From contig OY969938.1 of assembly GCA_963704755.1 (NCBI GenBank), forward strand, positions 4,410,001-4,442,000: 32,000 nucleotides of DNA. The letters are read 5' to 3'. The position numbers and the translations under genes are program-made. The notes under the pieces are model-generated. The model ran no database searches. It had not been told where the DNA came from and saw only the letters and a list, made by a program, of their open reading frames with translations. Shown in pieces: positions 27,353 to 32,000 of this stretch (the first letter of the stretch is position 1; every line of letters starts with the position of its first letter). This DNA comes from an uncultured Chloroflexia bacterium (GTDB lineage Bacteria; Chloroflexota; Anaerolineae; Anaerolineales; Anaerolineaceae).

Positions 27353-27393
27353 CAAACTTTTGCTGCCGTAGATGGAATTATGAGGAGTAACCG

Positions 27394-27507
27394 ATGAGAG
27401 TATCACCGTCCATTCGCAAGCGCTGTGCAAAATGCAAAATTGTTCGGCGAAGTGGAAAACTGTACGTAATTTGCGAAAACCCAAAGCACAAACAGCGACA
27501 GGGGTAA
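27394..27507 (+). CDS. rpmJ: 50S ribosomal protein L36 (zinc-binding form)
   Basis: [37 protein letters not shown] (37 aa). SD GAGGAG (27382-27387). Below the ORF-track size cut-off; found by reading the map-rpsM gap. Confidence 0.95.
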   Translation: MRVSPSIRKRCAKCKIVRRSGKLYVICENPKHKQRQG

Positions 27508-27513
27508 AAGAGT

Positions 27514-27903
27514 ATGGCGAGAATTGAAGGTGTTGATCTTCCGCGGAATAAGCGGATCGAAGTAGCTTTGACCTATATCTTTGGGATTGGGCCCACCCGG
27601 GCACAGCGAATCCTTTTTGATACCAAGGTTAACCCTGATATTCGGGTAAAAGACCTGAATGAGAGCGATGTAAACCTGCTGCGTGATTACATCGGTCAGA
27701 CTTATAAAGTAGAAGGCGATCTGCGCCGCGAAGTTCAGATGAACATCAAGCGCCTGATCGAAATTGGTTGCTACCGCGGCTTGCGCCATCGCCGGAATCT
27801 ACCGGTTCATGGCCAGCGTACCCGCACCAATTCGCGAACGCGGAAAGGCCCCAAGAAGACTGTGGCCGGTCGCGGACGCCGCCGTGGAGCTACGAAGAAA
27901 TAA
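27514..27903 (+). CDS. rpsM: 30S ribosomal protein S13
   Basis: [26 protein letters not shown]...[18 protein letters not shown]. Confidence 0.98.
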   Translation: MARIEGVDLPRNKRIEVALTYIFGIGPTRAQRILFDTKVNPDIRVKDLNESDVNLLRDYIGQTYKVEGDLRREVQMNIKRLIEIGCYRGLRHRRNLPVHGQRTRTNSRTRKGPKKTVAGRGRRRGATKK

Positions 27904-28023
27904 TCCGGATCAGACCTGGCCGGTTTGGATGTCCTTCCCTCATCCAGCGGCTAACCGGCTGGTCGCTCCCGGAATTTTTCAACGCTGTACTCTGATAGTA
28001 ATCGAGGCTGATAGCGAGGAAAT

Positions 28024-28428
28024 ATGGCACAAAATGTAAGATCAGCGCGTCGGACGAGTTCTCCGCGCAAAGTAAAGCGGACTTTATCGTCAGCGCAGGT
28101 GCACATTTACGCATCTTTTAACAATACGATCGTAACAGTAACTGACCAGCAGGGCAATGCCGTATGCTGGGCAAGCGCCGGGTCTGCCGGGTTCAAGGGT
28201 TCGCGCAAAAGCACGCCTTTTGCCGCCCGTTTAGCGTCAGAACAGGCGCTGAAAGTGGCTCAACAGATGGGTGTCCAGGAAGTGGATATTATCGTTAAAG
28301 GCCCTGGCCCCGGGCGTGAAAATGCTATTCGGGCCGTACAGGGCATGGGCATCAAAGTGCGCTCAATTGCGGACGTTACTCCGGTACCTCACAATGGCTG
28401 CCGGCCTCCCAAGAAACGCCGCGTCTAA
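28024..28428 (+). CDS. rpsK: 30S ribosomal protein S11
   Basis: [15 protein letters not shown]...[13 protein letters not shown]...[24 protein letters not shown]. Confidence 0.98.
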   Translation: MAQNVRSARRTSSPRKVKRTLSSAQVHIYASFNNTIVTVTDQQGNAVCWASAGSAGFKGSRKSTPFAARLASEQALKVAQQMGVQEVDIIVKGPGPGRENAIRAVQGMGIKVRSIADVTPVPHNGCRPPKKRRV

Positions 28429-28448
28429 TTCAATAAACGAGGGAAGTT

Positions 28449-29093
28449 ATGGCGAGATATATTGGTCCGGTATGCAAACTATGCCGGCGTGAAGGTTACA
28501 AAATGTATCTTAAAGGCGAGCGGTGTTTCACCCCGAAGTGCGCCTTTGAACGGCGCTCTTACGCGCCTGGTGAACACGGCAAAGCAATGGCTGGACGCGG
28601 CGGCAGCGATCGGATGTCCGATTATGCCCGCCAGTTGCGTGCCAAGCAGCAAGCTCGCCGGACCTACGGTATTCTTGAACGTCAATTCCGCCGCTATTTC
28701 AGTGTAGCGTTGCGTACGCGTGGTATGACAGGTATCAACCTGCTGCGAACCCTTGAATTGCGCGTGGATAACGTCGTATACCGGATGGGGTATGGTGAAA
28801 ATCGCGCGCAGGCGCGTCAATTAGTTACCCACGGGCATTTCACGGTCAACGGTCGCCGCACGGATGTACCGTCCATGCTGCTCCGCCCAGGGGATACAAT
28901 TTCGGTTCGTGAAGAATCACGGCGAAAACCGTTCTTCAAAGAACTCCCCGATATAGCCGAGAAGCGCACTTGCGGTCTATGGCTCGACCGGGACGTGAAA
29001 AACCTCAGTGGTCGTGTCCTCCGGCTGCCAGAACGCGCCGAAATCGACGGGAACCTGAGTGAACAATTGATCGTTGAGTACTACTCACGATAG
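28449..29093 (+). CDS. rpsD: 30S ribosomal protein S4 (with N-terminal Cys4 zinc finger)
   Basis: [31 protein letters not shown]...S4 RNA-binding domain [11 protein letters not shown]...[12 protein letters not shown]. Confidence 0.98.
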   Translation: MARYIGPVCKLCRREGYKMYLKGERCFTPKCAFERRSYAPGEHGKAMAGRGGSDRMSDYARQLRAKQQARRTYGILERQFRRYFSVALRTRGMTGINLLRTLELRVDNVVYRMGYGENRAQARQLVTHGHFTVNGRRTDVPSMLLRPGDTISVREESRRKPFFKELPDIAEKRTCGLWLDRDVKNLSGRVLRLPERAEIDGNLSEQLIVEYYSR

Positions 29094-29144
29094 GGTTGTT
29101 TTCCGGTGTTGTCGAATTCTACGTGCATCGGAAAGGGGTGAAAC

Positions 29145-30110
29145 TTGTGCGCTTTAAGTAATATGGTTAAACCAAAAGTCGAGCGCGAGGCTGAAGCTCG
29201 CAACTATGGGAAATTCGTAATCAGCCCCCTTGAACGGGGTTACGGTGACACCCTTGGCAATGCACTTCGTCGGGTTCTGCTGTCTTCACTGGATGGTGCT
29301 GCGGTATCATCCATTCGCATCACAGATGTGCTGCACGAATTCAGTGATGTTCCCGGAGTCCGCGAAGATGTGATTCAGGTTATGCTGCAAATCAAGCAGT
29401 TGCGCCTGTTGTTGCATGATGTCGATTCTTCTCATCTTCACCTGGACGTGACGGGTGAGGGGACGGTGACCGCCGCTGACATCCAGGTGCCAGCCGAGGT
29501 TGAAATCGTAAATCCTGAATTGTATCTCTTCACCGTTGATGACAGCCACACCCGCCTGGAAATCGACATGACGGTCGATCGTGGCCGCGGCTATTCGCCG
29601 GCTGTCGATCGCAGCGGCAGGTTGCCGATCGGTGAACTGCCTGTGGACGCCATCTACAGCCCTATTCGCCGGGTTAATTTCTCGGTTACAGCGGCCCGGG
29701 TCGGCCAGAACACGAACTTCGAACGGCTGATCCTGGAAATCTGGACCGATGGAACGGTTGCCCCCGAGAAGGCCTTGGGCACGGCTTCCAAACTGCTCAT
29801 CGATCACCTGCGCCTGATCTCAGGCATCAGTGAAGAGACTTTGATGCTGACTGCTGAGAAAGAAGTAACCGGCAGCCGGTTGACCAGCGAAGCGGCTGAA
29901 ACGCCGATTGAAAACCTGGACCTTTCGGTACGGGTATTCAATTCGCTCAAGCGGACGGGCATTACCACCGTTGGTGATGTGCTCGAACTGCTCGAAAAGG
30001 GCGACGAAGCGGTCATGTCCATCCGCAACTTTGGTGAAAAGAGTCTGGACGAACTGCGCCAGAAGATGCAGGAAAAAGGTTTCCTGCAAGATGAAAAAGA
30101 GACGGAGTAA
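29145..30110 (+). CDS. rpoA: DNA-directed RNA polymerase subunit alpha
   Basis: YGKFVISPLERGYGDTLGNALRRVLLSS...C-terminal domain LDLSVRVFNSLKRTGITTVGDV. TTG 29145 follows a strong SD AAGGGGTGA; alternative in-frame ATG at 29163. Confidence 0.96.
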   Translation: MCALSNMVKPKVEREAEARNYGKFVISPLERGYGDTLGNALRRVLLSSLDGAAVSSIRITDVLHEFSDVPGVREDVIQVMLQIKQLRLLLHDVDSSHLHLDVTGEGTVTAADIQVPAEVEIVNPELYLFTVDDSHTRLEIDMTVDRGRGYSPAVDRSGRLPIGELPVDAIYSPIRRVNFSVTAARVGQNTNFERLILEIWTDGTVAPEKALGTASKLLIDHLRLISGISEETLMLTAEKEVTGSRLTSEAAETPIENLDLSVRVFNSLKRTGITTVGDVLELLEKGDEAVMSIRNFGEKSLDELRQKMQEKGFLQDEKETE

Positions 30111-30116
30111 GGTTCT

Positions 30117-30494
30117 ATGCGCCATCAAGTAGCAGGCTACAAACTGGGACGATCAGTCGGTCAGCGCAACAGTTTACGCCGCACGATGATCAATCAGTTC
30201 TTTACAAATGAACGCATGCAGACCACCCGGGCGAAAGCGTTATCGATCCGCGGCGAAGCCGAACGGATGATCACCGTGGCTCGGAACAGCGCCAAAGGCA
30301 GCGATGTCGACAAAGTCAATGCCCGCCGGCTGATTGCTTCCCGCCTGGATAACCCGGCTGTGGTCAAGAAGTTGTTTGATGAAATTGGCCCGCGCTATGC
30401 CAACCGCAATGGTGGGTATACACGGATGTTCAAGCTGGGGCCTCGCCTGGGTGATTCCGCCGAGATGGTCCTGCTCGAACTGGTTGAGGATTAA
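30117..30494 (+). CDS. rplQ: 50S ribosomal protein L17
   Basis: MRHQVAGYKLGRSVGQRNSLRRTM...NGGYTRMFKLGPRLGD. Confidence 0.98.
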   Translation: MRHQVAGYKLGRSVGQRNSLRRTMINQFFTNERMQTTRAKALSIRGEAERMITVARNSAKGSDVDKVNARRLIASRLDNPAVVKKLFDEIGPRYANRNGGYTRMFKLGPRLGDSAEMVLLELVED

Positions 30495-30522
30495 AACCAT
30501 CCGGCGTTAATACCGGAATGGG

Positions 30523-31326
30523 ATGGAACGTTACCAGGTTATTTTAGTTTACGACGGCACGGACTTCCAGGGCTTTCAACGGCAAGGAAGTAAGCGTACG
30601 GTACAGGCAGTCGTCGAAGAAGCGCTGCGCTCTTTTGGGTGGCGTGACCGGACGATCCTTTATGCCGGGCGAACCGATACCGGCGTCCATGCAAGCGGTC
30701 AGGTGATTGCATTCGACCTGGACTGGGCTCACGAAATTGATGCGCTCGGCCGGGCGATGAATGCAGCACTGCCCGCTGATGTGGCGGCCAGGTCGGTAAA
30801 AAAGGTAGCGGCGGATTTCAATCCACGCCACCAGGCTTGGGCCCGCCAGTATCGTTATCACTTATTTTGCCGCCCCGAACGGGATCCGCTGCGTGAAAGA
30901 TATGCGTGGCGAGTTTGGCCCGCGGTTCAGGCGGAACTGCTGCAAGATGCAGCCAACTGCCTGCCGGGTATACACGATTTCGCGGCGTTCGGGTCTCCAA
31001 TGAAGCCGGGAGGGAGTACAGTCCGCATGGTTTACAATGCGAACTGGGAGCAGGAAGGAGAAGACGCATGGTCATTCTCGGTCAGCGCAAATGCCTTTCT
31101 GTACCGGATGGTACGTCGCCTGGTGTTTTTGCAAGTTCTGGTCGGCAGGCAGAAGCTTCCTTTGGAAGAATTTGCTCAAGCCCTCCAAGACCCAAAAGTT
31201 CTGACACCAGGACTTGCAAAACCAAATGGCCTCGTTTTAGAACACGTAATTTATCCGTCGTATGGAAATGGGCCTGAAGGGTTGATCAAACCCTTATCTG
31301 CCAGTGGAGAAAAGGACTGTGGATAA
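30523..31326 (+). CDS. truA: tRNA pseudouridine(38-40) synthase TruA
   Basis: ILVYDGTDFQGFQRQ...YAGRTDTGVHASGQV (catalytic Asp motif)...FLYRMVRRLV. Gram-positive-like position between rplQ and rplM. Confidence 0.95.
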   Translation: MERYQVILVYDGTDFQGFQRQGSKRTVQAVVEEALRSFGWRDRTILYAGRTDTGVHASGQVIAFDLDWAHEIDALGRAMNAALPADVAARSVKKVAADFNPRHQAWARQYRYHLFCRPERDPLRERYAWRVWPAVQAELLQDAANCLPGIHDFAAFGSPMKPGGSTVRMVYNANWEQEGEDAWSFSVSANAFLYRMVRRLVFLQVLVGRQKLPLEEFAQALQDPKVLTPGLAKPNGLVLEHVIYPSYGNGPEGLIKPLSASGEKDCG

Positions 31327-31744
31327 GACGTACGTAATAAAGGGAAAACCCGAAACAAATTGGATACTTGTGGACGCAGGCGGCCAGAGTCTTGGCCGGT
31401 TGGCGTCGCAAATTGTGAATTACCTGTTGGGTAAGCACAAGCCAACCTTCACCCCTGGTGTGGGCATGGGTGATTATGTGGTTGTGGTGAATGCGTCCCA
31501 ACTGCAGTTCACCGAAAAACGCTTGAACAACAAGGTATATCAAAAGCACTCCGGTTACCCGGGTGGATTGAAAACCATTGGTCTGCGTGACCAGTTGAAC
31601 AATCACCCTGACCGGGTTATCCGGGCTGCGGTGTGGGGCATGCTCCCGCACAACAAGCTTGGTCGCCAGCTCATCAAGCGTCTAAAGGTGTACGCGGGAA
31701 CCGAACATCCGCATACTGCCCAGAACCCAGAGCCGGTTGTGTAA
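31319..31744 (+). CDS. rplM: 50S ribosomal protein L13
   Basis: MDKTYVIKGKPETNWILVDAGGQSLGRLASQI...GKHKPTFTP...HSGYPGG. GTG 31319 follows GGAGAAAAGGA and matches family N-termini; the in-frame GTG at 31304 is the ORF-track alternative. It overlaps the truA 3' end. Confidence 0.95.
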   Translation: MDKTYVIKGKPETNWILVDAGGQSLGRLASQIVNYLLGKHKPTFTPGVGMGDYVVVVNASQLQFTEKRLNNKVYQKHSGYPGGLKTIGLRDQLNNHPDRVIRAAVWGMLPHNKLGRQLIKRLKVYAGTEHPHTAQNPEPVV

Positions 31745-31760
31745 AGGAGAGTAAGAGAAT

Positions 31761-32000
31761 ATGTCCGTTCAATATTTTGAGGGTGTTGGGCGACGCAAGG
31801 AATCTTCTGCGCGCGTCCGCGTTATGGCTGGCTCCGGAAAATTCACGGTCAACCAGAAATCGTTGGAAGAGTATTTCACCCGGGTAGGCGATATGGAAGA
31901 TATCTTACGCCCATTCGCTGCCACCCAGCAGGAACGCTCTACCTTCGACGTGACAGTGGTCGTCAACGGTGGTGGTGTGACCGGACAGACTGACGCGGTC
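31761..32000 (+). CDS. rpsI: 30S ribosomal protein S9, N-terminal 80 codons; runs off the window end
   Basis: ATG 31761 after SD AAGGAGAG: MSVQYFEGVGRRKESSARVRVMAGSGKFTVNQKSLEEYF...VNGGGVTGQTDAV. Absent from the ORF track because it is open-ended. Confidence 0.95.
   Translation, partial: MSVQYFEGVGRRKESSARVRVMAGSGKFTVNQKSLEEYFTRVGDMEDILRPFAATQQERSTFDVTVVVNGGGVTGQTDAV

Noticed and set aside
1-32000. Scan for CRISPR arrays, IS/transposase genes, integrases, tRNA/rRNA genes and toxin-antitoxin pairs
   Set aside because: No spaced direct-repeat array, no transposase-like ORF and no terminal inverted repeats bounding a coding unit were seen. The only repeats are the local hairpins listed above.

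Overview
Bacterial chromosomal window, moderately GC-rich by eye. No rRNA, tRNA, CRISPR array, transposase or IS end was seen. Left 6.5 kb, mixed genes: on the minus strand, a GT2 glycosyltransferase N-terminus that runs off the window, a LapA-like membrane protein and a frame-disrupted DegV. On the plus strand, a self-contained promoter / 35-codon ORF / tandem-hairpin module, then a 198-aa orphan protein, an ABC ATPase (frame-disrupted), an ABC-2 permease, a HAD phosphatase and a YfcE-type metallophosphoesterase. From 6.45 kb to the end: rpoB with its own consensus promoter (no rplKAJL upstream, no rpoC downstream), then a continuous str-S10-spc-alpha ribosomal super-cluster. Order: rpsL-rpsG-fusA-tuf-rpsJ | rplC-rplD-rplW-rplB-rpsS-rplV-rpsC-rplP-rpmC-rpsQ-rplN-rplX-rplE-rpsN(Z)-rpsH-rplF-rplR-rpsE-rpmD-rplO-secY-adk-map | rpmJ-rpsM-rpsK-rpsD-rpoA-rplQ-truA-rplM-rpsI (rpsI open at the window end). 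That is 30 r-protein genes. Gene order and protein signatures look Terrabacteria-like, possibly Chloroflexota, but that is a low-confidence inference. Points worth a second look: (1) the small-ORF + orphan + ABC-2 exporter cassette at 2.26-4.97 kb. (2) tuf has no in-frame stop and reads straight into rpsJ as one 507-codon ORF, while a canonical EF-Tu C-terminus (KILD-stop) sits in the +1 frame. (3) Two more single-nucleotide frame disruptions, in degV and the ABC ATPase. (4) An unusual 334-bp structured spacer with an internal promoter between rpsJ and rplC. (5) rpoB is uncoupled from rpoC and carries a large insertion of about 135-150 aa. (6) Several long perfect hairpins lie over Shine-Dalgarno sequences or intercistronic junctions. 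Most of the window is ordinary, highly conserved translation machinery.
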